A DNA stretch of 64,000 nucleotides from Terrimicrobiaceae bacterium. Lineage in GTDB: Bacteria > Verrucomicrobiota > Verrucomicrobiia > Chthoniobacterales > JAATET01. The DNA is taken from assembly GCA_028713285.1 (NCBI GenBank), contig JAQTOP010000008.1, positions 1,572 to 65,571 of the forward strand, given 5' to 3'. The translations under genes and the position numbers were made by a program. Below, one piece after another: positions 36,431 to 44,361 of this stretch. The notes beneath the pieces were generated by a model, which was not told where the DNA came from, made no database searches, and saw only the letters and a list, made by a program, of their open reading frames with translations. The first letter of the stretch is position 1; each line of letters opens with the position of its first letter.

Positions 36431-37324
36431 TCATATTCGTTGTTCAAGCGCAGGCTCGCCGGCCTGTGCAGGTTCCAAGGGCTTCATCGCAAAGAACGAA
36501 AAGATCTCATATCCCTCGCTGCGGGCACGAACCGCGCCGGCGTCGTGCCGGACGCCCTCCACGAAGGGCGCAGGGTAGGTGTTGATGACCGAATCGGGCG
36601 GCGCCAGCACTTTTCTCAGGGTCAACTCCGCGTTGACGAACGCGAGGAGGTATTCGTCGAGATAGTAGCAATTCTCGTCCTTCGTGATGAAGTTCAGCGG
36701 GTGTTTGGCGAAAAAATCCGCGCGCTGGCTCTCGTTCCAGATCACCACGTCCCGCAGGCAGCAAACCACCCCGCCCGGCTTCAAAATCGTCCGGATTTGC
36801 CGAAGGAATTCCACGAGGGAATGAATATGGTGCAGCACCTCGCGGATATAGACCACGTCGAAGGAATTGGGCTCGATGTCGAGCTTCTCGCCGGAGTGAA
36901 AGCGAAAGTTGACCTTCACGCCGTCGAGGCCGTTCAACTTCTTTGCCGCGCCGAGGCCGGCAAGCAGCCCGGCTGAGGAATCCATGCCCGTGACGTTGAA
37001 TCCCTCTCGAGCGAAGGCGTAACTCGCCACGCCGTTGCCACAGCCAAAATCGAGCACCTTGCTGGATGGAGAGGGGGCGACGCCCAGCGCCGCGAGCATG
37101 GCAAGCAGCGCGCGAAATTCGTCGCTCGCATGGAACCGCCTGGCATTGTCGGGAAAGTCCGGCGTCTTGTAGCAGAGGCGGAGCAGCTCGCGCATGCCGC
37201 CCTCCTCCCATGCCCACAAGTAGGCGCGATCATAGGCATCGTTTTTGTCGATCGCGATCCGGCGGGAGAAAGCGGTGGAGGCCATCTGAAAAAGTCTTTC
37301 GATCATCACGCTAAAGAGACGCAC
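36431..37324 (-). CDS. Class I SAM-dependent methyltransferase
   Basis: KVLDFGCGNGVASYAFAREGFNVTGMD ... FDVVYIREVLHHI ... LKPGGVV. Confidence 0.75.
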   Translation of the reverse strand: MRLFSVMIERLFQMASTAFSRRIAIDKNDAYDRAYLWAWEEGGMRELLRLCYKTPDFPDNARRFHASDEFRALLAMLAALGVAPSPSSKVLDFGCGNGVASYAFAREGFNVTGMDSSAGLLAGLGAAKKLNGLDGVKVNFRFHSGEKLDIEPNSFDVVYIREVLHHIHSLVEFLRQIRTILKPGGVVCCLRDVVIWNESQRADFFAKHPLNFITKDENCYYLDEYLLAFVNAELTLRKVLAPPDSVINTYPAPFVEGVRHDAGAVRARSEGYEIFSFFAMKPLEPAQAGEPALEQRI

Positions 37325-37369
37325 CGTCCGGGCACGATGCTGCGGCAGGCTTGCTTCGCGGGCATCATG

Positions 37370-38767
37370 CTAATCGGTCTCCATGAGGTCGTCGGCGGCT
37401 TCGACGGTGTTCAGGATTTTTTCGGTATGCAGCCGGGCGCCATCATGCGCAACAACGCTCCACGTCCTGCGCTGATAATACTCGCCGGCATTCCATGGAT
37501 CGTCGCACGAGACGAGGAACTGTGCGCTTCGGCGCGCCGCGATGGTGACGCGGATGGGGCGGGAGAATTTGAGGTGGACCTGATAGACACCCTCCCGCAA
37601 ACCGACGCATGCGAGGTCGATGCGCACTTCGTATTCTCCGGGCTGGACCCTGGACAGGCTTCCGCCATCCCGGCGGGAAAGCATCTTCAGCACCTGTCTT
37701 GGTTTCTCATCCAGCTTCATCGCCTCGAGGGAGGGATGGCGATACACAATCGCTGTAAAGTTTAGCTGCTCGATGGGCTGCTTCACCTGGAACCGCGCGA
37801 CGATCACCGCATCCTCACCCGGCTTCACCGGCCCGCCGGTCGCGGACTGCATGTCCACTCCAAGAATTTCCGCCTCATCGGAGGCTTGCTGATCGCCGTC
37901 CTCCGTCTGGTTGACCATCGCCGCCCGATCGCCCTTTTGATCCTCGATCAGGTGACGTTCGTATTGCTGAATCACCGATCCAATGGGCCCGAAGTCCACG
38001 ACTTCTCCGCGGCGCAAATACAACGCGGTTTCCGCAATCGAGAGCAGGATGCTCGGGGAGTGATGCACCATGACGAGGGACATGCCGCTGGAGCGCATTT
38101 CGAAGAGCCGCTCGAGGCACTTCCTGCGAAAATTCATGTCGCCGACGGCCAGCACCTCGTCGAGCAGAAGGATGTCGGGCTGGGTGCTGATGGCGCAGGC
38201 AAAACCCAGCCGCGCCACCATCCCCGAGCTGTAGGTTTGCACCGGCGCATCGATCGCGTAGCCGATCTCCGAGAATGCCACCACGTCGTCGAAGCGGTCC
38301 TTGATCTCCTGGTAGGTCAGCCCGAGGACCGACATGTTCGCGAAGACGTTCTCGCGGCCGGTCAGCACGGGATTGAACCCAGCGCCCAGCGCGAGCAACG
38401 GCGCCAGGCGGCCCCGCACGGTCACCCGCCCGGTGGTGGGCTTGATGAGCCCCGCGACGATGCGCATGAGCGTCGTCTTTCCGCAGCCGTTGATCCCGAC
38501 GATGCCCACCGCGTCACCCGAGCGCAGTTCGAAGTTCACATCCTGCACCGCCCAGAATTCATTTTTGCGCAGGACACCGGCGCGTTGCGAGAGTCCGACG
38601 ACTTCGCGCCCGATGTCCTGGACGCCGTAGAAAAGCGATCGCTTCAAGTCGCGGCAAAAGCGCTTCGAGACATTCTCGAGCGCCAGCACGACGTGCTTCC
38701 CGGAATTGCCATCGGCAGGCGCCGCAGTTTCGGAGGCCGCAGGGTTGATCAGTTCAGATACGTTCAT
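37370..38767 (-). CDS. wzt: Polysaccharide ABC exporter ATP-binding protein with a C-terminal extension of about 200 aa (Wzt-type)
   Basis: Walker A GINGCGKTTL, signature YSSGMVARLGFA, Walker B LLLDEVLAVGD. About 200 aa of beta-rich sequence follow the NBD (ILGVDMQSATGGPVKPGEDAVIVARFQVKQ...YEVRIDLACVGLREGVYQVHLKF). Confidence 0.9.
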   Translation of the reverse strand: MNVSELINPAASETAAPADGNSGKHVVLALENVSKRFCRDLKRSLFYGVQDIGREVVGLSQRAGVLRKNEFWAVQDVNFELRSGDAVGIVGINGCGKTTLMRIVAGLIKPTTGRVTVRGRLAPLLALGAGFNPVLTGRENVFANMSVLGLTYQEIKDRFDDVVAFSEIGYAIDAPVQTYSSGMVARLGFACAISTQPDILLLDEVLAVGDMNFRRKCLERLFEMRSSGMSLVMVHHSPSILLSIAETALYLRRGEVVDFGPIGSVIQQYERHLIEDQKGDRAAMVNQTEDGDQQASDEAEILGVDMQSATGGPVKPGEDAVIVARFQVKQPIEQLNFTAIVYRHPSLEAMKLDEKPRQVLKMLSRRDGGSLSRVQPGEYEVRIDLACVGLREGVYQVHLKFSRPIRVTIAARRSAQFLVSCDDPWNAGEYYQRRTWSVVAHDGARLHTEKILNTVEAADDLMETD

Positions 38768-39734
38768 TGGCAGAAACCATCGTCAATCGTTCGGTCCTCG
38801 CGCCGGGCCGGTCTGCGGTATCCCATGCGGCAACGCACGCCGCCAGCGACTTCGCGAAGGGCCGGGGTTGCCATCCGGGCAAAAGACGCCGCAGCTCCGC
38901 GACGTCCGCCTGCCAGTGCGCGGGATTCCCACGCAGCATCTCGCGTCCGAATACGATCTTCGCCGGGACATCCGCGCAGTCCCGCACGGCTTCGGCGACG
39001 TCACGCACGGCGACACTCGCACCCGACGCCATGTTCACGGCGCGAAAACCGGGCAGCCGTCCGGCGGTCATCGCCTTCACCACGCCGATTGTGGCAGCCG
39101 CCGCTTCGTCCTCCGCGAGAAAATCCCGCCGCTCATCGCCCGTTCCCTTCAATCGCAACTCCGGCATCCCGGCCCGCAATTGGTCGAAGATCTCCCACAC
39201 GAGCAATCGGCGCTGGCGGGGACCGAAGACCGAGAAAAATCGCAACGAGACGATGGACAGACCGAAGCAGCAGGCAAACTCGACGCCCATCTGTTCCGAG
39301 AGCAGCTTGTGAAATCCGTAAGGGGACTCGGGCTGGCACGCCGCGGCCTCCGATATCGGAAGCTCCACCGGCGAGCCATACACCGCGGCGCTGGATGCGA
39401 GCGCGACCATGGGCCGCCGCCCGGAACGCCGGATCGCCTCCAGCACGCGAAACCACAAGCTCGCGGAAGCTTCGAAATCCTGGAGCGGCGCCGCGAACGA
39501 CTCGCCGACCGAGGCGGCGCCGGCAAAGTGCAGCACGCAGTCCGGATCCTCTTCGCGCATCACGGCCGCCAGCGTGTCGGGCGAGGAAAAATCCACGGAG
39601 CGATAGTCGCCGGGCCAGGCCGGCGGCGGAGTTGCCGCGCGGCCGATCGCGACGACTTCGCATCCCGCGTCGGACGCCGCGCGACCGACCGCGCCGCCGA
39701 GGAAGCCGGAAGCGCCTGTGATCACGCATTTCAT
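38754..39734 (-). CDS. NAD-dependent epimerase/dehydratase (extended SDR)
   Basis: MKCVITGASGFLGGAVGR (GxxGxxG), SPYGFHKLLSE (YxxxK). ATG at 39734 in an ATGA overlap with the nadE stop. The rest of the 798-aa track ORF is an artefact overlapping nadE. Confidence 0.85.
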   Translation of the reverse strand: MKCVITGASGFLGGAVGRAASDAGCEVVAIGRAATPPPAWPGDYRSVDFSSPDTLAAVMREEDPDCVLHFAGAASVGESFAAPLQDFEASASLWFRVLEAIRRSGRRPMVALASSAAVYGSPVELPISEAAACQPESPYGFHKLLSEQMGVEFACCFGLSIVSLRFFSVFGPRQRRLLVWEIFDQLRAGMPELRLKGTGDERRDFLAEDEAAAATIGVVKAMTAGRLPGFRAVNMASGASVAVRDVAEAVRDCADVPAKIVFGREMLRGNPAHWQADVAELRRLLPGWQPRPFAKSLAACVAAWDTADRPGARTERLTMVSANERI

Positions 39735-41704
39735 TGGCCGGACACCTCCTCCGCCAGCGCATCGACTTCGGCCAGCCATGCGGCGGCGCTGGCATCGCTG
39801 GGCATGCGCCAGTCGCCGCGCGGCGAGAGCGCGACCGTGCCGACCTTCGGGCCGTCGGGCATCGCCGAACGCTTGAATTGATTCGCAAAAAATCTTCCGA
39901 CGAACACGCGCAGCCAGCGGAGCAACTCGACTCGCGGGTGGCGGCCGTCGAATGCCATCTCGGCGAGCGCGAGGATTTTCGCGGGGCGGAATCCGCAGCG
40001 CACCATCTGGAACAGGAAGAAATCGTGGAGTTCGTAGGGGCCGACCGTTTCCTCGGTCTTCTGCACGAGACCCGCGTCCGGATCGAGCGGCAGGAGCTCG
40101 GGAGTGATCGGGGTGGCCGCGATATCGAGCAGCAGCCCGCGAATCGGCTCGGCAAACTCCTCCTCCGCGCACCACTCGACCAGATGCCGCACGAGCGTCT
40201 TCGGCACGCCGGCGTTCACGTGATACATCGACATGTGATCGCCGTTGAAGGTACACCAGCCGAGCGCCGCCTCGGAAAGATCGCCCGTGCCGACGACGAT
40301 GCCGCCGCATTGATTCGCGATGTCCATCAAAATCTGCGTGCGCTCCCGGGCCTGCGCGTTTTCGTAGGTGGGATCGTGCAGTCCCGCCGGGTGCCCGATA
40401 TCCGCAAGGTGCCGATCCACGGCCGGACCGATGGGAATCACGCGGGACGATACGCCCAGCGCGGCAGTCAGCGCCGTGGCGTTGTCTTGCGTGCGGTCCG
40501 TGCTGCCCGGGCCGGGCATGACCACGGCGATCAGGTCGGCCGGGCCGCGCCCGAGCTTCCCGAGGGCGCGCACCCCGACGAGCGCCGCGAGGGTGGAATC
40601 GAGCCCGCCCGAGAGCCCGAGCACCAGCTTCGCCGATCCCGTATGCAGCAGACGCCGCGCGAGGCCCGTCGATTGAATCGAAAAGATTTCCCGGCAATTT
40701 TCCGCGCGCCGGCCGGCATCGTCGGGAACAAATGGACGCGGCGGCACGGGACGGCGCAGCGCGATCTCGCGTGTCGCGGAGGCGCCGCCGAGCGTGAAGC
40801 GGACGCGGCGGAACCCACTCTCGCCCGCCGCCGAGAAGCTGCTGTTCTGCAGGCGTTCGTGGGTCACGCGCTCGAGATCGAAGTCTGCCGTCACCGCATC
40901 CGTCTCGAACGAAAATGCCCGCGTCTCGGCCAGGACGATTCCGCACTCGGCAAGAATCCCGTGCCCGGAGGATACGAGGTCGGTGCTCGATTCCCACGGT
41001 CCGGCGGCGGCGTAGGCGTAGGCCGCCAGGCAGCGGGCGGACTGCTGGCGCACGAGGTCGCGGCGGTAGGCGGCCTTGCCCAGCAACTCGTCGCTGGCAG
41101 AGGGATTGAGAATGAGGGTGGCTCCGGCGAGCGTGAGCCGCCCGCTGCACGGTTCAACGGCCCACAAGTCCTCGCAGATTTCAAGGCCGATGCAGGCATG
41201 CGGGCGATCCGTCGCCTCGAATAACAGGTCGGCCCCAACCGGCACGAGCGCGCCATCCAGCAAAACGGTCTCGCGCCCGAGCGCTCCAGCGCGCGAAAAC
41301 CAGCGCTCCTCGTAGTATTCCTGCGAATTCGGCAGATAAGTCTTCGGCACGATGCCGCACACGACGCCGCCCGCCACAAGCGCGGCGCAATTGAAAAGCC
41401 GCCCGTCGATTTCCAATGGCAATCCGACGACTGCCGCGATGGCATGGTCGTGCGTCGCTTCCGCAACCCGGAGCAACGCAGCCACCGCGGCGAGTTGGAG
41501 CGTTCGTTGAAAGAACAGGTCGCCGCAGGTGTAGCCCGTGAGGCACATCTCGGGAAAAAGAGCGACGGCGCAGTCGTCACCCGCAAGCCGGTCGATGGCC
41601 TCGATGACGCGCGCCGCATTGAACGCCGGGTCGCCGACGCGCAACTCGGGCGCGACCGACGCCACGCGCAGGTAGCCGAAATCCGCATGTTCACGGGCGT
41701 TCAT
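39731..41704 (-). CDS. nadE: Glutamine-dependent NAD+ synthetase (N-terminal CN-hydrolase domain plus synthetase domain)
   Basis: LRVASVAPELRVGDPAFNAARV...ALFPEMCLTGYTCGDLF...IGLEICEDLW is the nitrilase-type domain. LVLGLSGGLDSTLAA is the PP-loop SGGxDS motif. 657 aa. Confidence 0.9.
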   Translation of the reverse strand: MNAREHADFGYLRVASVAPELRVGDPAFNAARVIEAIDRLAGDDCAVALFPEMCLTGYTCGDLFFQRTLQLAAVAALLRVAEATHDHAIAAVVGLPLEIDGRLFNCAALVAGGVVCGIVPKTYLPNSQEYYEERWFSRAGALGRETVLLDGALVPVGADLLFEATDRPHACIGLEICEDLWAVEPCSGRLTLAGATLILNPSASDELLGKAAYRRDLVRQQSARCLAAYAYAAAGPWESSTDLVSSGHGILAECGIVLAETRAFSFETDAVTADFDLERVTHERLQNSSFSAAGESGFRRVRFTLGGASATREIALRRPVPPRPFVPDDAGRRAENCREIFSIQSTGLARRLLHTGSAKLVLGLSGGLDSTLAALVGVRALGKLGRGPADLIAVVMPGPGSTDRTQDNATALTAALGVSSRVIPIGPAVDRHLADIGHPAGLHDPTYENAQARERTQILMDIANQCGGIVVGTGDLSEAALGWCTFNGDHMSMYHVNAGVPKTLVRHLVEWCAEEEFAEPIRGLLLDIAATPITPELLPLDPDAGLVQKTEETVGPYELHDFFLFQMVRCGFRPAKILALAEMAFDGRHPRVELLRWLRVFVGRFFANQFKRSAMPDGPKVGTVALSPRGDWRMPSDASAAAWLAEVDALAEEVSGQ

Positions 41705-41836
41705 CGTATGGAGGCCGGCGTTTGCGGCGCGCGGGCATGCTGCCGCCCGTGGTCAGGAGCCGGAGCCTGCGACCGGAGAAAATTCGACTGTTCGCCGAGG
41801 ATCGGCACAAATTCGGACCGCTTCGAGGAGGAACGG

Positions 41837-42391
41837 TCAGGCGAGGAGCTTGAGAGCCACGGGCAGCATCGTCCGGCCCCGGTTGAGCCAGCGACTTAGT
41901 TCATTGATGCGAGCCCGCGTCTCACGGCGCTCCGCTTCGGGCAGCTCAGCCAGCGCGGCCTCCATGCGCTCGACGCGCGAGGAAGCCACCTCGAGTTTCG
42001 GCAAAATCTGTTCCTTGATGAAGGAAGCGGCGAAGCGGCTGAGTTCCAGGTCGGCGACAAAATGGTCGCGCCGCTCGCCGGGGCTGTAAACGGCCTTCAC
42101 GGCGCCCACGGAGCGCAGGGTCTTCAATCCCTGGCTCGCCGCGCCGAGGCTGATGTCCAGACGCGTCATCAGGTCGTCCATCGTGAGCGGATGCGGGGAG
42201 ACGAAAAGCAGGCCGTAAATCTCGCCGATGGACTTGGGCAGGCCGAGGAGCCGGAAGAAATTGATGAACATCTCGATGGCCTCCCTCTCAATCGGGCCCA
42301 GGTGGCCCCCCTTGACGATCGACTGTTCCGCGGGTCTCGACTCCGACAACATCGTGGCACCAAATTTGCGCAATCCCTTCAGGGACTTCAA
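41837..42391 (-). CDS. Winged-helix transcriptional regulator (GbsR/MarR-like)
   Basis: IEMFINFFRLLGLPKSIGEIYGLLFVSPHPLTMDDLMTRLDISLGAASQGLKTLRSVGAVKAV is the GbsR-type wHTH pattern. An alternative start exists at MLSESRP. Confidence 0.65.
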   Translation of the reverse strand: MKSLKGLRKFGATMLSESRPAEQSIVKGGHLGPIEREAIEMFINFFRLLGLPKSIGEIYGLLFVSPHPLTMDDLMTRLDISLGAASQGLKTLRSVGAVKAVYSPGERRDHFVADLELSRFAASFIKEQILPKLEVASSRVERMEAALAELPEAERRETRARINELSRWLNRGRTMLPVALKLLA

Positions 42392-42415
42392 TATAAAATG
42401 AAATGCGTCGCGGGG

Positions 42416-43330
42416 TTAGTTGCCGATGCGCATGACGATCCGCTGCGCGACTTTCACCCGCTTTCCGGCCACCGTGTAAACCTGGAGCCGGATCGTGTTC
42501 GAGCCCGGCTTGAGAGGCACGAAGCGATGCCATGTCTGCACGCCGTAGGCCTTGATGAATCTGCGGGCGCCCAGTCGCGAGCTGGAAAGATAGACCGCCG
42601 TGACCTGCCCGATGTCGGCATGTCCGCGGAACGTGTAGCCTGGCCCGCCGGTCTCGGTCTGGCGCTTCGCCGGGGCGGTGAACGCGGCCCGTGGCTGCCC
42701 GGCCCGCGCGCCGTAAAGGGCCTGGCCGCCGCGGATGTCGTCCGCCTGGAGAGAATCGAGGTTCGACACCCTGCTGTTCATTATGGCCTTGACGGACTGC
42801 CCATGGTCGTCGGGATGATCGAGCCCGAGGGTGTGGCCGAACTCGTGCAACGCGACCCGGCGCAGGTCATACAACGTATCACCGCTCGCGGTGCGTTTGA
42901 GGTTCCCGCGATAGGAGTTCCAGCTCAAGGTCGAGTTGAAAACGGTGTCCGCTTCGATGCGCTGCCGTCCACCGTTCCGGGTCCACTCCGTCGTGATCGC
43001 CACCGCATCGCCGAAGGAAAAACCATACACCGAGTTGTCGAAGAAAACGTTGTTCACGCCGTCGCCGTCACCCGGCGGCGTGTTCGAGCTGGTCACGACG
43101 GAAAATTGCAGGTTCGCGAGATATTGATTCCAAATCGCGAGCGCGCCCCGGGCCACGGCGTTCCATGAGCGCGAGCCGTCGATCAGGCGCCCGCTCGACG
43201 AGCCGAGCTGGAGTTGCATGACGACGGGGCTCGTGGTCCATTTGGAGCCCAGGAATGCGTAGGCCCAGGCCACGGCGCCGGTGCCCACAAACAGGACCAC
43301 CGCGATGAAGATGCGCAGCGGTCGAATCAC
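42416..43330 (-). CDS. Secreted zinc metalloprotease, metzincin (matrixin/M10-like)
   Basis: VALHEFGHTLGLDHPDD is the HExxHxxGxxH metzincin motif. N-terminal hydrophobic signal MIRPLRIFIAVVLFVGTGAVAWA. GTG start in a GTGA overlap at 43327-43330. Confidence 0.8.
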   Translation of the reverse strand: MIRPLRIFIAVVLFVGTGAVAWAYAFLGSKWTTSPVVMQLQLGSSSGRLIDGSRSWNAVARGALAIWNQYLANLQFSVVTSSNTPPGDGDGVNNVFFDNSVYGFSFGDAVAITTEWTRNGGRQRIEADTVFNSTLSWNSYRGNLKRTASGDTLYDLRRVALHEFGHTLGLDHPDDHGQSVKAIMNSRVSNLDSLQADDIRGGQALYGARAGQPRAAFTAPAKRQTETGGPGYTFRGHADIGQVTAVYLSSSRLGARRFIKAYGVQTWHRFVPLKPGSNTIRLQVYTVAGKRVKVAQRIVMRIGN

Positions 43331-43983
43331 GGCTTGTTCGAGAGTTCAGCGATGCGGGTCCTCAGCCGGCGCTCGAATTCCGGCAGCTCGATTGCCCCGG
43401 TAAGAATCGTGCGGCCGCGGGCCGAAACGGCGGGTTCCTTCGACCCTGCGACATCCGGCGAAACCGCGACCGTGGCCACGCCCGCCCGCCGATCCACCGT
43501 CAAGCTGCCCTCGCCCCAGCCCACCACCGGGCAGGCGCGGTGCGGATCGCCGGACACAAAAAGCACAACCTCCTGCCCGACCTGGAATTCCGGCATGCCG
43601 CCGACTTTCATCTCCATGTCGCCGAGCCTCCCTCCGAGAAACTTGAGCGAAACCGGCTGCGCCGCATCGCCCTTATAGACGGCGAGCGGAACGAATCGCA
43701 CCGTGGACACAATCGCCGACCCGCGCACGGTCGCCTCCCGCGCCACGTCGATCTGCTCGACCCGGCCGCGAAAAATCGTCCCCGATTGTTGAATTTGTTC
43801 GTCCTCGGAAATCGGCTGCAAGGTCGTCGCAAAAAGCGAACCCAGCAGCGAGGCAGCGGCAAATCCGGCCACGCCGGCGCGCCGGCGCAAAGTCCGCGCG
43901 GAGAGAGATATCTGCCGATCCACGGCAGACCATTCGCCCGGGTTCTGGCGCGCGCAATGAGATATTGGAATCCGGTCCCGCAT
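43327..43983 (-). CDS. Hypothetical exported protein, translationally coupled to the metzincin
   Basis: RRRAGVAGFAAASLLGSLFATTL is a signal-like segment and the rest is beta-rich. The ATG immediately abuts the yciH stop (TGAATG). I recognise no family. Confidence 0.45.
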   Translation of the reverse strand: MRDRIPISHCARQNPGEWSAVDRQISLSARTLRRRAGVAGFAAASLLGSLFATTLQPISEDEQIQQSGTIFRGRVEQIDVAREATVRGSAIVSTVRFVPLAVYKGDAAQPVSLKFLGGRLGDMEMKVGGMPEFQVGQEVVLFVSGDPHRACPVVGWGEGSLTVDRRAGVATVAVSPDVAGSKEPAVSARGRTILTGAIELPEFERRLRTRIAELSNKP

Positions 43984-44343
43984 TCAGACTCCAACCACGC
44001 GAAAGCCCTCAGCCTCAAAAAACCGCCGCACGCGCGCGGGCTCGTCGCCCTGCAACTCGATCTCGCGCCCCGCCACCGTGCCGCCGCAGCCGCAGGCCTG
44101 CTTCGCCCGACGGGCCAGCATTTCGAGATCGGAATCCGAAAAATGCGACGCGAAATCGCCGGCCACAACGACGGTCTTTCCTCCGCGCCGCGATTTTTCG
44201 CGCCGCAGCACGACGCGCCCCTTCTTCGCCGCGCGTCCGGGCGCAGGTTCCGGCCCGGCAGGCAGCCCGCCGATCTCGAGGCCGGCAAACGGATTCACCG
44301 CCAGCGGTTGCTGCAAGTGCGAGATCGGGATCTTTTTCGCCAT
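43984..44343 (-). CDS. yciH: SUI1/YciH-family translation initiation factor-like protein
   Basis: RGGKTVVVAGDF...LEMLARRAKQACGCGGTVAGREIELQGDEPARVRRFFEAEGFRV is the typical YciH C-terminal pattern. Confidence 0.8.
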   Translation of the reverse strand: MAKKIPISHLQQPLAVNPFAGLEIGGLPAGPEPAPGRAAKKGRVVLRREKSRRGGKTVVVAGDFASHFSDSDLEMLARRAKQACGCGGTVAGREIELQGDEPARVRRFFEAEGFRVVGV

Positions 44344-44361
44344 CCCCGCGCCGAATGGAAG

